Notes: a model not told the origin generated them from the sequence alone. A stretch of 50,499 nucleotides of DNA from Cyanobacteriota bacterium (GCA_046045965.1 JBJOKS010000031.1:1-50499); one strand, 5' to 3'; counted from the stretch's first letter, positions 1-11,161 are shown. Numbers and translations are program-made.

Positions 1-1
1 A

Positions 2-787
2 TAAACCGGCTTTACCCTCAGTATATTTAGTTTCGTAATCGTAAAAATCGCTATCAAAGGTAATCTCACCAATAACGGAGGCTTTGGGGTTATCGTTACC
101 TAAAACGGCACATTCTACTTCTCTAGCGACTACTCCGGCTTCAACAATGATGCGTCTGTCATAGGTTGCAGCATTGTCTAAAGCTGCTTCTAATTCTTGA
201 CGCGATCGCACTTTAGCAATTCCTACCGATGAACCTAGATTAGCAGGTTTCACAAAACAAGGATAACCTAATTCTGCTTCTATTTCATCACACAATTTGG
301 GAAATACACAAGGATTTGACCAAACTTGCGCTCTAGTTAGGGCTTTATATTTTACTTGGGGTAGTCCTGCCTGAGCAAAAGCGGTTTTCATGCCAATTTT
401 ATCCATCCCCGTGGCTGATCCTAACACCCCAGAACCAACAAAGGGGACTTGCATTAAAGTTAGTAACCCTTGAATTGTCCCATCTTCGCCGTTTGGTCCG
501 TGGAGAATGGGAAACCACAGTTCAATTTCTGCGGCTTGTGCTGGAAATTGCCATAAATTAGGGGTTAAGCTGGGATTTTCTCTAGCTACTCCTGATTCTA
601 AAACCTGTTGTGCAGTTTCCCCAGCTTGCCAAACACCATCTTTTTGAATGTAGAAAGGCAGAATTTCGTACTTATGACTATTTTCTTCTGAACTCAGAGC
701 TTTTGCGATCGCTCTTGCAGAAATTATTGAAACTTCATGTTCTCCAGAACGTCCACCAAACAGCAACCCCACTCGCAGTTTAGACAT
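2..787 (-). CDS. ddl: D-alanine--D-alanine ligase, 5' part (runs off window start; not in ORF track)
   Basis: Manual translation from ATG at 787: [20 protein letters not shown]...[16 protein letters not shown]...[13 protein letters not shown], typical Ddl motifs. Confidence 0.95.
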   Translation of the reverse strand, partial: MSKLRVGLLFGGRSGEHEVSIISARAIAKALSSEENSHKYEILPFYIQKDGVWQAGETAQQVLESGVARENPSLTPNLWQFPAQAAEIELWFPILHGPNGEDGTIQGLLTLMQVPFVGSGVLGSATGMDKIGMKTAFAQAGLPQVKYKALTRAQVWSNPCVFPKLCDEIEAELGYPCFVKPANLGSSVGIAKVRSRQELEAALDNAATYDRRIIVEAGVVAREVECAVLGNDNPKASVIGEITFDSDFYDYETKYTEGKAGL

Positions 788-840
788 CTTCTGTACCTCG
801 ACACTATCTAAAGCAGATAGCGTACCACAAGGAATGTTCT

Positions 841-948
841 CAGGAGTCAGGAGTCAGGAGTCAGGAGGCAGGAGGCAGGAGGCAGGAGGTAAATATTTAT
901 TTCTCCCCATCTCCCCTATTCACTGTTCCCAGTCCCCAGTCCCCAGTC
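841..948. repeat. Heptamer STRR tracts (CAGGAGT/CAGGAGG)n and (CCCAGTC)n
   Basis: Tandem 7-mers read directly at 841-889 and 928-948. Confidence 0.9.
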
Positions 949-950
949 TT

Positions 951-1613
951 TCAATTTTTCCTTGCTAATGTCAAACCGTCAGCTATGGGAACTAAACTCA
1001 GGGTAATTCTTGAGTCTTGATGTAATTTTTGATTAAAGGCGCGAATTTTTTTAGTTTGATTATCTTGAATTTCGGGATCTGCAACTTTACCAGACCACAG
1101 TACATTATCAACGGCAATTAGTCCACCGCGTCGAATTAGTTGCAGCGATCGCTCATAATAATTTTCATAGTTACCTTTATCCGCATCAATAAAGGCAAAA
1201 TCAAAAGTTGAGCCTTCTCCATCTGCCAGCAAGCGATCTAAAGTTTCTAAAGCTGGCGCAATATGCAGGTTAATTTTATCTGCTACTCCTGCCTGTTGCC
1301 AATAACGTCTAGCTATGTTTGTATATTCTTCACTGACATCACAAGCGATGATTTTACCATCTGCTGGTAAGGACAACGCTGTCACCAAGGAACTATAACC
1401 TGTAAATACTCCTATGTCTAAAGTTTTCTTTGCTCCCAGTAACTTCACCAACAACGCCATAAACTGTCCCTGTTCTGGGGAAATTTGCATTATAGCCATT
1501 GGTAGCTGGGCTGTTTCTTGACGCAGTTGGGTTAATATTTCTGGTTCTCGCAGGGAAACTGACAGCAAGTAATCATATAAGTTTTGTTCTAAACCTATGG
1601 TTTGTTTTGCCAT
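951..1613 (-). CDS. Class I SAM-dependent O-methyltransferase (caffeoyl-CoA OMT-like)
   Basis: LDIGVFTGYS, FDFAFIDADK and IAVDNVLWSG motifs. Confidence 0.93.
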   Translation of the reverse strand: MAKQTIGLEQNLYDYLLSVSLREPEILTQLRQETAQLPMAIMQISPEQGQFMALLVKLLGAKKTLDIGVFTGYSSLVTALSLPADGKIIACDVSEEYTNIARRYWQQAGVADKINLHIAPALETLDRLLADGEGSTFDFAFIDADKGNYENYYERSLQLIRRGGLIAVDNVLWSGKVADPEIQDNQTKKIRAFNQKLHQDSRITLSLVPIADGLTLARKN

Positions 1614-1676
1614 TACTGTGATGTTAATAAATATGCAATTTTAATAAAGACAAGATAGTTCTTCCTTATCAATTTT

Positions 1677-1705
1677 ATTATACCAAATCTCAAATCGATT
1701 GTCAA
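1677..1705 (-). promoter_or_regulatory. Consensus sigma70-type promoter for the O-methyltransferase
   Basis: Minus strand reads TTGACA-N17-TATAAT with TGn extended -10, about 60 nt upstream of the ATG. Confidence 0.75.
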
Positions 1706-1934
1706 CCTTAATATTCTCTACTTGGCGCTAAAAATTGAAAAATTTGCAATTTTTGGGAGAAGGAAAGCAATTAAATTTTTTGGATGAGGAAATGAGAGGG
1801 GTTATGTTGAGAGATGTTGCGACGACAGGGAAAGCTTGAATTTTTTAGCTGATTCACCTCTAAAATTGAGAAATCAGTTCAAACTGTTCTCCAGAAACAT
1901 TTTTACGCAACCAGCTTGTATTCAAGGGGGTAAG

Positions 1935-2867
1935 ATGAGTCGTCCAATCATTCTTGGTATTGTTGGTGATAGCGCAGCCGGAAAAACTACGCTAACTAGG
2001 GGTATTGCTCAGGTACTTGGACCGGAGAATGTTACACTCATCTGTACTGATGATTACCACCGTTATGATCGCACACAGAGAGCAGAACTGGGAATTACAG
2101 CTCTCCACCCTGACTGCAACCATTTAGATATTATGCAGCAGCATTTATCGCTGTTACGGACAGGACAACCAATACTTAAACCTGTTTACAGCCACAAAAC
2201 GGGTACATTTGAAGCTCCAACCTACATTAAACCCAATAAATTTGTAATTATTGAAGGTTTACTTGGTTATTCTACCCGTGCAGCCCGTGATGCTTATGAT
2301 GTTAAAGTTTATCTTGCACCTCCTGAAAAACTCCGCGCTACGTGGAAAGTTAAGCGAGATACACAAAAACGCGGTTATAGTGAAGAACAGGTATTAGCAG
2401 AATTAGAAAAACGGGAACCAGACTCAGAAAGCTTTATTCGTCCCCAGCGTCAATGGTCTGATATTGTTGTTAGTTTCTATCCTCCCAATGAAAATGAGGA
2501 AGAAAGTAATGGACATTTAAATGTGCGTTTGGTGCTAAGGCCAACAATCCCCCACCCTGATTTTACTGAGATTATCCAAGGTGATGATTCTGAATCAGCG
2601 GTGCGTCTGGGACTTGGCCGAGATATGGGTAAACCGGTGGATGTGTTAGAAGTTGATGGACACGCTACCTTGGAACAGGTGAATAAGATCGAGCATATTA
2701 TGTGTAATGATATGCCTTACTTAAAAAATATCTGCGATCGCGAAATTAATCCCGAACTCGGTAAAATTGCTGGTACAACCGGAGAAACACTGCAAAGTTA
2801 CCCTCTGGCGCTGACACAGTTAATTATTACCTATCATATGCTCAAAGCTACGCAAATTTATCAGTAA
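1935..2867 (+). CDS. Phosphoribulokinase/uridine kinase family protein (non-canonical PRK paralog)
   Basis: P-loop GDSAAGKTT, DDYHRYDR, RDTQKRG; ATG at 1935 after AAGGGGG preferred to the TTG at 1836. Confidence 0.88.
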   Translation: MSRPIILGIVGDSAAGKTTLTRGIAQVLGPENVTLICTDDYHRYDRTQRAELGITALHPDCNHLDIMQQHLSLLRTGQPILKPVYSHKTGTFEAPTYIKPNKFVIIEGLLGYSTRAARDAYDVKVYLAPPEKLRATWKVKRDTQKRGYSEEQVLAELEKREPDSESFIRPQRQWSDIVVSFYPPNENEEESNGHLNVRLVLRPTIPHPDFTEIIQGDDSESAVRLGLGRDMGKPVDVLEVDGHATLEQVNKIEHIMCNDMPYLKNICDREINPELGKIAGTTGETLQSYPLALTQLIITYHMLKATQIYQ

Positions 2868-2868
2868 A

Positions 2869-3000
2869 GGGGACTGGTGACTGGTGACTGGTGACTGGGG
2901 ACTGGGGACTGGTGACTGGTGACTGGTGACTGGGGACTGGGTAATAGTTTTTACCAATTACCAATTACCAATTATCTATTCACTGTCACCTGTCACCTGA
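2869..3000. repeat. STRR tracts (GGTGACT/GGGGACT)n, (CCAATTA)n and (TGTCACC)n between convergent genes
   Basis: Tandem 7-mers read directly. Confidence 0.9.
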
Positions 3001-3008
3001 CTCCTTTT

Positions 3009-5588
3009 CTATAACCAATTTCCCACTAAAACAAAAGCTGACCAATAATAGGGATGGGAAAATTTAGTATTCTTATCCCTTAAAATTGCTAATTGAGCGT
3101 TGCGGATAATTTCAGCTTTGGTCAGGTTGTTATTAGATAATTCTTGATAAAATTTGGTCATTAATAAAGCAGTAGCTTCATCATCGACATACCAAAGACT
3201 GGCTAAAGTGCTACGCGCTCCTGCTCTAACGGCCATTCCTGCTAGTCCTAAAGTTGCTCTTTTGTCTCCGGACGCAGTTTTGCAAGCACTAAGAACCAAT
3301 AATTCAATAGGACGAATTTGCTTTTGATCAGAACGCAAAAGATTATTTAGCTGATCTACATTCAGTTTGTCATTCCATGTGAGAATAAAAGTATCTTCAG
3401 CTTTAGAACTAAATTCACCGTGGGTAGCTAGGTGAACTACTTGATAAGGAGTTTGGTTGACTTTCTGCTCTAATTGTTCATCTGTAAAGCCATCATTTTT
3501 TAGTAATAAGGAATTAGGAACTTGAGCTTTGATCCTTTCTAATTCTGAAACGACATTAGGAAGAGGAGGAAAACCGAAGCGAGCTTCACTTAGTCCACCT
3601 CCAAGCACTTGAATTTGTTCTCTAACTAAAGCTTTGGGGTCTATTAGTTGTAAGCTAGGAGCATTGGCAATACTATATTTTTCAATCAGGTATTGTTGAC
3701 CATCATGAAGAATACTCATAGGAATATTTCGCAAAATGCCATCAGATATAAATACAATATTTTTGACATTATTGGCTTGTAATTTTTCTGCGGTTGGTTT
3801 GATTATCCAATTATAGACTTTTTGGGAAAGTCCTAACATTTGTTTCTGAAAAACTATTTCTCCTCGACGAGCTAATTTAGACCGTAATTCTTCAATATGG
3901 TTTTCTATTTCTGACTGAGATAATTTTTCACTATGATGATATAAAGTTTGATCAGGAAGTGCAACAATTACTTCTAAACTATCTTTGAGAACAATTGTAT
4001 AGAAAATTGCTGATGTGCGATCAATTTGATCGATTTGCACAGGTTTTTCATCTAGACAAGCATTACGAAAAAAGTTATCTAGTTCTGCTAGTTGTAATGA
4101 TTCAATTACTTCTCTAGCTTGTTTAAGTTTTTTTTGACTGGGAGTGTCTTCTAATAGTAATTCTACTAGTTCTCGATAAACTGGTTCAACTCGTTCTCGA
4201 AAATCAAATTGTGCTTCTGAACTAATAGCAACTAAGTCTGTGCGGATAGATTTGAGGGTTTTAACGGATTGACTGTATGCTGCTATAGCACTCGCACGAT
4301 CAGCTTTTGTATTTCCTGCTTTTGCTATTATAATTCTACCTAGTTGCCATTGCCATTGATAACTAAGTTCTGGTGCATTATTACTTTGAGAAATTAGTAA
4401 AGCTTTTTCAGTTAATTCTCTGGCTTCTTGATAGCGTTGATTTTGTTCATAGAGGTTTCCTAAAGTTCCCGTTGCATAACTTTCTCCTCTTTTATCTGCT
4501 AATTTCTGAGCTATTTTAATTGCTGTTGCGAGTTCATTAGCTAACCAGGAATGAGAAGAATGTTCTTTTGGTAATTTGAGAAGAATTCGCGCTAAACTAA
4601 TGCGGGAATAAACTGCTGTACGACTAGCAGGTAATTGGCTTAAACCGGTTTGAATTTGTGGTATTAATCGTTTTGCTGCTGATAATTGCTTGGTGTTTAA
4701 TAAAATATCTAATGTATTTAACTGTCCTTGAATTCTTAAATCAGATGAGGGTGATTTTTCGATCACCTGTTGAAAATATGCAAGTGCTTTTTGGGTGTTA
4801 TTTTCTCGCGCTGCGCTGTTTTTACCTAAGCTAAGAAGTGCTTGTGTAGTTGCGATGGGAGAGGATAATTTTTGAGCGATCGCTAAACTTTCTTCTACAA
4901 CTTGTTGAGATTTATCTAATTGTCCTATTCCCCGTAAAACATCCCCTAAACTTAGCAATGCTTTAGCTTTAATCAGGTTATCCTGTTGTTGATTCAGAGT
5001 TTTCTGAGTATCAACTAAAGTTTTCACAGCTTGATTATATAATCCTAAAGCTTGTAAAGCCTGAGCTTGGTTAATTTGACTTCTAATTAATCCGGTATTT
5101 TCGCCAATTTGTTGATAGATATTTGTAGCACGTTTCCAAGTTTCTAACGCTGCTTGGGAATTACCCATAGACAATTGTAATTGTCCTTGAACTTCCAGAG
5201 TTTGAGCTAGAATTTCTTGGCGTTCTTTGCTATTTGTGATTTGATTAAGATTGTTAAGACTGGTTGTAATTGCTTGGTTTGCTTGTGTGGAATCTCCCAT
5301 TTTTTGGTAGACTAGAGCTAAATTTCTCCAAGCTATCACTTGACCGATTATATCACCTTGCTCACCATAATTTTTAATTGCATTATGCAAAATCGAAGCT
5401 GCTGATGGAAATTGTCCATTTTGATATAATTGTTGAGCTTTTTCTTCTATTGATAAAGAATTTGTAATAGTTGAATTATTGATGTGATTGTTAGTAGAAA
5501 TAGCCAAGACTTTTTCTGTCGTCAAACAGCCAGTCAGCGATAAAATACTAAGAGTTAAAATTGAAATCTTCTTCATTACATTTACCAT
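3009..5588 (-). CDS. Exported TPR-repeat protein with C-terminal CHAT (caspase-like) peptidase domain
   Basis: N-terminal hydrophobic signal, TPR-like helices, VHLATHG (His) and LVLSACKT (Cys) dyad, HPYYWSAFVLVGNW terminus. Confidence 0.92.
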   Translation of the reverse strand: MVNVMKKISILTLSILSLTGCLTTEKVLAISTNNHINNSTITNSLSIEEKAQQLYQNGQFPSAASILHNAIKNYGEQGDIIGQVIAWRNLALVYQKMGDSTQANQAITTSLNNLNQITNSKERQEILAQTLEVQGQLQLSMGNSQAALETWKRATNIYQQIGENTGLIRSQINQAQALQALGLYNQAVKTLVDTQKTLNQQQDNLIKAKALLSLGDVLRGIGQLDKSQQVVEESLAIAQKLSSPIATTQALLSLGKNSAARENNTQKALAYFQQVIEKSPSSDLRIQGQLNTLDILLNTKQLSAAKRLIPQIQTGLSQLPASRTAVYSRISLARILLKLPKEHSSHSWLANELATAIKIAQKLADKRGESYATGTLGNLYEQNQRYQEARELTEKALLISQSNNAPELSYQWQWQLGRIIIAKAGNTKADRASAIAAYSQSVKTLKSIRTDLVAISSEAQFDFRERVEPVYRELVELLLEDTPSQKKLKQAREVIESLQLAELDNFFRNACLDEKPVQIDQIDRTSAIFYTIVLKDSLEVIVALPDQTLYHHSEKLSQSEIENHIEELRSKLARRGEIVFQKQMLGLSQKVYNWIIKPTAEKLQANNVKNIVFISDGILRNIPMSILHDGQQYLIEKYSIANAPSLQLIDPKALVREQIQVLGGGLSEARFGFPPLPNVVSELERIKAQVPNSLLLKNDGFTDEQLEQKVNQTPYQVVHLATHGEFSSKAEDTFILTWNDKLNVDQLNNLLRSDQKQIRPIELLVLSACKTASGDKRATLGLAGMAVRAGARSTLASLWYVDDEATALLMTKFYQELSNNNLTKAEIIRNAQLAILRDKNTKFSHPYYWSAFVLVGNWL

Positions 5589-5659
5589 TTTGATTTTCAG
5601 GATAATCAGGATAATATTTAATCAATTTACTAAGACATGATTTATTAATTATAGCTAAT

Positions 5660-8600
5660 TTAATGACAACCAGGATGAGTTAAACCTGAACTTTGCGGTG
5701 TAACCTTGGGTGCATTTGCTGTTAAAATTACCCTACCATCAGCCGTAATTATCCATCCTTGCGCTTCCTGAATTACCGGAGTTTTAATATTTGCTTCCTC
5801 CTGATTTACTGCTCTTTTTTTCATAACAACTGGGGTTGTTTCCTGCTTACCTGAACGAGTAACCCATTCGACTATACCAGGTGAATTACTAATTAATTCA
5901 TCAGATTCAGCAGCTAAACCACCTTTGCCAATAATTGTAAAAGAACTCCTTTTAGCACGTTGTTCTGCTGAACAAATATCTTTAGTTACTAATGATGCTG
6001 CATCGACTAAACTACCAGGTAATTCTATTAAACCAGAGGTAGGATCTACATCGGGAGTATTGATTTGCACATCCCCAGCTAAACCAAATTGAGAAGATGC
6101 GGTAATATCACTTCTGTCAGTTAATTCTGGTTGATTTCTTAAACCAAAAATGGCGTTAGTTGTAATGTTTATTTGTCCTCCATCTCCTGTAAAAGCGTTA
6201 GCGGTAATATCACTATTCTCACTAGGAAAAGCAATAATAAAAGGAGCATTAATATTGATGTTTCCACCATCTCCTCCTGCACTATTTGTACCGGCAGTTG
6301 CAGTTATGCGGCTGTTATTTCGCAACAACAACAAATCTTGAATATTGATATTTATATTTCCACCTTGATTACTGGCAGTTTCGGCACTAACAAAACCTTG
6401 ATTATCTAAACTCAGAGTACCAGCTTGCAGTAAAATATCTCCACCTCTGCCACTGCCTTGACTATTTACTCCTATCCCTGCACCGTTTGTAATGATGAAT
6501 GTTTGCGGGTCAATGTTGATGCTACCACCATCACCGCTAGAGTTGGAGGTAGTGTTAGCAAATATTCCACTGTGATCACCATCCAGGGTAAGATTTTCCA
6601 GTACATTGAGAGTGATATTACCAGCTTTGGCAAGGCCAGAAGTCGTAGTGAGTATTTGCCCTCCATTAGTGGCACTCAAAGTATTGGATGTGATGTTTAT
6701 GCTACCTGCTGTTCCGTCAACGTTAGCAGCTGAAATGACTGAGTTATTATCAAGAATTAAGTTATTAGTGTTGAGCGCAAGGTTGCCTGCTGAACCTGTA
6801 CCTGTGGCTCTGACAGTGATAATGCCTTGATTTAGTTGTACTGTCGTAGCTGGACTTTGACCACGATTCACAGACAAACTACCAGCATTTCCATTTGCGG
6901 TACTAGCAATAATCTGGCTATTATCAATTTGTAGAGTTTCTAAATTTTCTATACTGATATTCCCACTAAAAGTCGATTGACTAAAAGCAGATACTTGTGC
7001 ATTATTAGTGAGATTCAATGCTGTGGTGTTGATAGTAATATTACCAGCATTTCCCAGGGATTCAGATGCAGAAAATATCCTAGCATTATTAGAGACAGAA
7101 ACTGATTTTGCTATCAAATCAATATCGCCGCCATTACCTGTTGCATCCACTACTTGAGCAGAAATAAAACTATTATCAATTAAAATTTCTTCAGCGGTGA
7201 TTTTAATATCCCCTGCATTGGCTGATCCTACAGAAAAGGTGCTGATTTGGGCTGTATTTGTAGCACTAAAAGTATTGGCTGTAATTTTAATACTACCTGA
7301 TTTTTCTGTGCTAGTTAATTCACCACTATCAGTAGAGATAGCGCCGTCTATCATAGTAATATTACCTTGAGATGTGAGGTTGATATTACCTCCTAAACCA
7401 CGATTACTTGAAGCAAGAATCTCAATGCCAGGATTGAGGATAATATCGCCATTTGTAGTTATATTAATATCTCCAGCAATAGTATTATCTCCATTAGAAA
7501 AAATCGAGTCTTGCAGCCAGATTTGCTCATTAGCTAGTAAGGTGACATTTCCTCCCACACTTGTACCCCTGCTGTCAATTCCATTGAGGTGCAAGTTACC
7601 ATTTTCAGATTCAATGAGTACAGAACCACCATTAGCTAAACTGCCATTTACAATCCCACCAGAGGTATTTAATAAGTTATTGAGGTTGATATTACCATTT
7701 GCTTGTAATCTAACTGTTCCTCCATCTCCATTGGTATGAAAGGTGTTAATTTGGTCAAGAATTGAAATTCCTCCAGTAGCATTGAGTAAGATATTGCCTG
7801 TTTTTCCTAAAGTGTTACTAGTGTCTAAATCAACAGCATTGATATTACCATTAGTGGCATTTAGTTGAATAGAACCACTATCACCACCAGCAGATCCAGA
7901 GGTAAAAATTAATTGTGTTCCTATGGGATTTGTCCAAGGTATATTAGGATCACCGTGTTTAAAGAGAGTTCCTATAAAATCTGGAAAATTATCTGTGACA
8001 GTCAATGTCCATCTACCATTGGGATTTTCACCATTAAATTGAGCTAAACTGCGTTCTCTTCCTGGTCTAAATTCGCCAACAAAGGGAGCAATACCTTCAG
8101 TAATACTACGTGCAGCTTGATCATTCAAACGAGTATCTTGAAAATTAACTCCATCATTTCCTACAGAAGCAAATAAGTTTACGGTTGTTCCTTGTGGAGA
8201 TGTGAGTTGAACTGAAAGATCGGAAACAAAAGTGTGAGTGGCTGAAAAAATTAAATCGAGATCGTCGATGTTTTCTAAATTTGAGACAGTAAAAGTAAAT
8301 TCTGTAGGATGTAATATGGGGTTTTCAAGTGTTCCTGTTGCATCAGCAATATCTCCACCAGCATCAACATTGACTGCAATAGTTGTGGTAGTTTCTAACA
8401 AGGCGGTACTTATAGAACCTAGATGCAAATTTGCTCCAGAAATATAAATATCTCTACCATTTGTCCTGATAGTATCTTGGGGATCTTGCATGGTAAAGTC
8501 CCCGATGCCATTATTATCGCTATCAGCAGTAAATTCTATTTTGCCATTACCAGCACTAAAGTTAAGGAAGTTATCATTCAGGTTCTGGACGATAATATCA

Positions 8601-9763
8601 TTAGTGGCTTGTAAAATAACGTTTGTATCCCCTGATAATGCCTCTAGCTTTTCTTCAGAAATAGTAAAGGTATCACTTCCTTCACCTGGGAAAATTTGTC
8701 CATCATCAATTTGAGCATCGTCGATAGCTCCACTACCATTGGCAATTACAATATTAGTAGGATCAATTAATAAAGTTCCAGGTAAACCGTTAACTGCACT
8801 GGTGTTAACATTGCCTCGGAAGATCAAGTTTTCTTTTGCAGATACTTCTACTAAACCACCATTACCAGAATTTAATCCCCCTTGAGCAGAAATAGTTCCA
8901 TAAAAATCAGTTTTTCTATCTGCAAAAACAATAACTTGACCACCATCACCACTGTTTAAAGCATCTGCTTGAATTGTGACTCCAGGAGCGATATAAGTAT
9001 TTTTGGCAGTAGGAATATTATTTCCACCTTGCAAACTGCCACCAATTAAAACTGTACCACCACCGTTAGGAGAATAAACATTAATTTGCGCTTGATTAAT
9101 TAAATTTATTTGCTCTCCTAAAATAAAAACTGCTCCTCCTGGCGCAGTAATATTGCCGCTATTAGTAATAGTATTACCTGATAAAATTAAACTTTGTCCG
9201 GGATTGACATTCAAATTTCCCTGATTGTTAATATTACCTTGATAGCTACGAATGGCATTTGTAAATAATGCGCTTGGTTGTATAGTAAGTAATTGACTTC
9301 TTTGAGGATTAGAGGCGCTAAATAAACCGTTTTCTCCTAATTGAATTGCATCTCCTGTAGATGCAAAAAAAGCCCCTTGAACATCTAAACTGGAATTGGG
9401 ACCAAATAAAATTCCGTGAGGATTAATTAAAAAGAAATTTGCTGATCCTAAAACTCCTAATTTCCCGAAAATATCAGATTGATTATTTCCTGTTACACGG
9501 GTTAAAATATTCTCAATTCCTACTGGGTTACTAAAATAAACTCCTCTACCCTCATCAATATTAAAATTTTGAAAACTGTGAAAGAGATTAGCACCTCTTC
9601 TTGCACCTCCATCAATTTGATCATTGAGTTGATTGAGTTTGGTCACTTGAGAACTTTCTGCACCTAAAGAATGATCCGGGGTTATTTGTGCTTGTACTTT
9701 GCTAATAGAAGACAGGAAGAATATCAGCCATAATAGGAGTTGAGGAGAGGAATTTTTACTCAT
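5660..9763 (-). CDS. Filamentous hemagglutinin-family (TpsA) exoprotein with internal proprotein-convertase P-domain
   Basis: Signal ending AQ, NLFHSFQNF and LINPHGI TPS motifs, G/N-rich beta-helix repeats, P-domain THTFVSDLSVQLTSPQGT...GENPNGRWTLTVTD, cyanobacterial EAQGW C-terminus. Confidence 0.92.
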   Translation of the reverse strand: MSKNSSPQLLLWLIFFLSSISKVQAQITPDHSLGAESSQVTKLNQLNDQIDGGARRGANLFHSFQNFNIDEGRGVYFSNPVGIENILTRVTGNNQSDIFGKLGVLGSANFFLINPHGILFGPNSSLDVQGAFFASTGDAIQLGENGLFSASNPQRSQLLTIQPSALFTNAIRSYQGNINNQGNLNVNPGQSLILSGNTITNSGNITAPGGAVFILGEQINLINQAQINVYSPNGGGTVLIGGSLQGGNNIPTAKNTYIAPGVTIQADALNSGDGGQVIVFADRKTDFYGTISAQGGLNSGNGGLVEVSAKENLIFRGNVNTSAVNGLPGTLLIDPTNIVIANGSGAIDDAQIDDGQIFPGEGSDTFTISEEKLEALSGDTNVILQATNDIIVQNLNDNFLNFSAGNGKIEFTADSDNNGIGDFTMQDPQDTIRTNGRDIYISGANLHLGSISTALLETTTTIAVNVDAGGDIADATGTLENPILHPTEFTFTVSNLENIDDLDLIFSATHTFVSDLSVQLTSPQGTTVNLFASVGNDGVNFQDTRLNDQAARSITEGIAPFVGEFRPGRERSLAQFNGENPNGRWTLTVTDNFPDFIGTLFKHGDPNIPWTNPIGTQLIFTSGSAGGDSGSIQLNATNGNINAVDLDTSNTLGKTGNILLNATGGISILDQINTFHTNGDGGTVRLQANGNINLNNLLNTSGGIVNGSLANGGSVLIESENGNLHLNGIDSRGTSVGGNVTLLANEQIWLQDSIFSNGDNTIAGDINITTNGDIILNPGIEILASSNRGLGGNINLTSQGNITMIDGAISTDSGELTSTEKSGSIKITANTFSATNTAQISTFSVGSANAGDIKITAEEILIDNSFISAQVVDATGNGGDIDLIAKSVSVSNNARIFSASESLGNAGNITINTTALNLTNNAQVSAFSQSTFSGNISIENLETLQIDNSQIIASTANGNAGSLSVNRGQSPATTVQLNQGIITVRATGTGSAGNLALNTNNLILDNNSVISAANVDGTAGSINITSNTLSATNGGQILTTTSGLAKAGNITLNVLENLTLDGDHSGIFANTTSNSSGDGGSINIDPQTFIITNGAGIGVNSQGSGRGGDILLQAGTLSLDNQGFVSAETASNQGGNININIQDLLLLRNNSRITATAGTNSAGGDGGNININAPFIIAFPSENSDITANAFTGDGGQINITTNAIFGLRNQPELTDRSDITASSQFGLAGDVQINTPDVDPTSGLIELPGSLVDAASLVTKDICSAEQRAKRSSFTIIGKGGLAAESDELISNSPGIVEWVTRSGKQETTPVVMKKRAVNQEEANIKTPVIQEAQGWIITADGRVILTANAPKVTPQSSGLTHPGCH

Positions 9764-10028
9764 GGGTTAAGGCAGTATCGCTAAAGGTAAGAATTTAGAA
9801 GTCAGAAGTCAGGAGTAGCCTGAGTAGGCTATTCTGTATTCTGAATCCTTACAGCTAAACAACTTTCACTGTAATCCTACCTAGATAAGTGAGAGCAAAT
9901 TCTACAAACTACACAAAATTAAACAAATCATTCAACATCTTGATCAGAAAATAGGCTGAAAGGTGATTTGGAAAGCCTCTGTATGTAAGCATCAGCCTTT
10001 TCCAATGACCTGGAACTTTAGGGTAACT

Positions 10029-10928
10029 TTAGTTAATTTTTTTACCGGGACGAGAAAATAATCCCAGGAAACCACCTAATCCGAATAATGCCAACAAAGA
10101 TGAGGGTTCAGGAACAGTTTGAGCTTCCAATTGCTGACGTACCAAATCACTTAATTGTTCAATGTTTTCTTGAGTTAGAGGATCACCATTATCATCTATT
10201 GTCAGCACTGAAACTAGACTATTAGGTAATATCAACGATGCACCTGATGCTAGAGAAACACTGGGAAGGTCGAGAGATAGATCAGATATACTTATGGGAA
10301 ATTCTGGATCAGTAGCTAATGCTGTTCTGGATCTAAAAGCACTAAAGTTAGTACCTTCTAAAGGTGTCCCTTGCAAAGTAATTATATTATTGAAAACACC
10401 AACACCTTCATAAGAAGATCGTGCCGATGAAGTTCCTACAGTTGTCTGATAACCTCCTATGTAGCTTAAGTAAAAGTCTGCTCTGGTAGTAGTAACAGTA
10501 GGGGTGGATAGGAAATCGCTGACAAGCGCATCAATATTTAAGAAATTAGTTAAGTTAATCTGCCCAGTAGTATTATTAGTGACTTTAAAATCTGTCAAGG
10601 TTAAAATAATTCCTTGATTTCCATCTGTACCCAGTGCGACGTTATTTGTATCTATACTACGAGTATAAGTAACAGACTGACCATACAAATAGCCACTGAC
10701 ATTGATAGTTCCTGTACTGGTTGTAAAGGTGCGATCAAATTGAATTTGATTTATGAAACCATTTGTATCTCTAGTATCACCTCCTCTACCTGCTCTATCA
10801 GTAATTGTTTCTGTAACTCCAGCTGCGTTGAAAGTCAGAGAAAGTGCGTTGGCAGTAGCAGGGTTAAAACATATTCCCAGAACAACGACTGCACTTGCTA
10901 GTTTAGATAAAATATTTGGTTGAGACAT
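10029..10928 (-). CDS. PEP-CTERM sorting domain surface protein
   Basis: Signal peptide ending ANA; C-terminal VPEPSSLLALFGLGGFLGLFSRPGKK; start set at ATG 10928 after AAGGAG. Confidence 0.9.
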   Translation of the reverse strand: MSQPNILSKLASAVVVLGICFNPATANALSLTFNAAGVTETITDRAGRGGDTRDTNGFINQIQFDRTFTTSTGTINVSGYLYGQSVTYTRSIDTNNVALGTDGNQGIILTLTDFKVTNNTTGQINLTNFLNIDALVSDFLSTPTVTTTRADFYLSYIGGYQTTVGTSSARSSYEGVGVFNNIITLQGTPLEGTNFSAFRSRTALATDPEFPISISDLSLDLPSVSLASGASLILPNSLVSVLTIDDNGDPLTQENIEQLSDLVRQQLEAQTVPEPSSLLALFGLGGFLGLFSRPGKKIN

Positions 10929-11161
10929 TTTTAGCTCCTTGATGCTGACAAATGTGTGCGATATCAATGAAATTTGAGTTGTTTAAAATTCAAGAATATA
11001 AAAAACTTGCGCCTAGAAAAATACACGATTTGGATTGCGTGTTTCTTCTACAGTAAATATACGATTTTTACAAATATTATGTGATTTCAAATCAAATAGC
11101 AACCCATTGATCTCGACTTTACAGAAGATTTACAGTTTAAGCTTATAAAATCTTAATTGTA

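Noticed and set aside
202..209. Recurrent GCGATCGC octamer throughout the window
   Set aside because: HIP1, a known genome-wide cyanobacterial feature; used only as a taxonomic clue
6150..8714. Multiple short ORFs overlapping tpsA (likewise within the cyclase, hyp, hupS, ftsH, prmC and psaL genes)
   Set aside because: Shadow frames of well-supported genes
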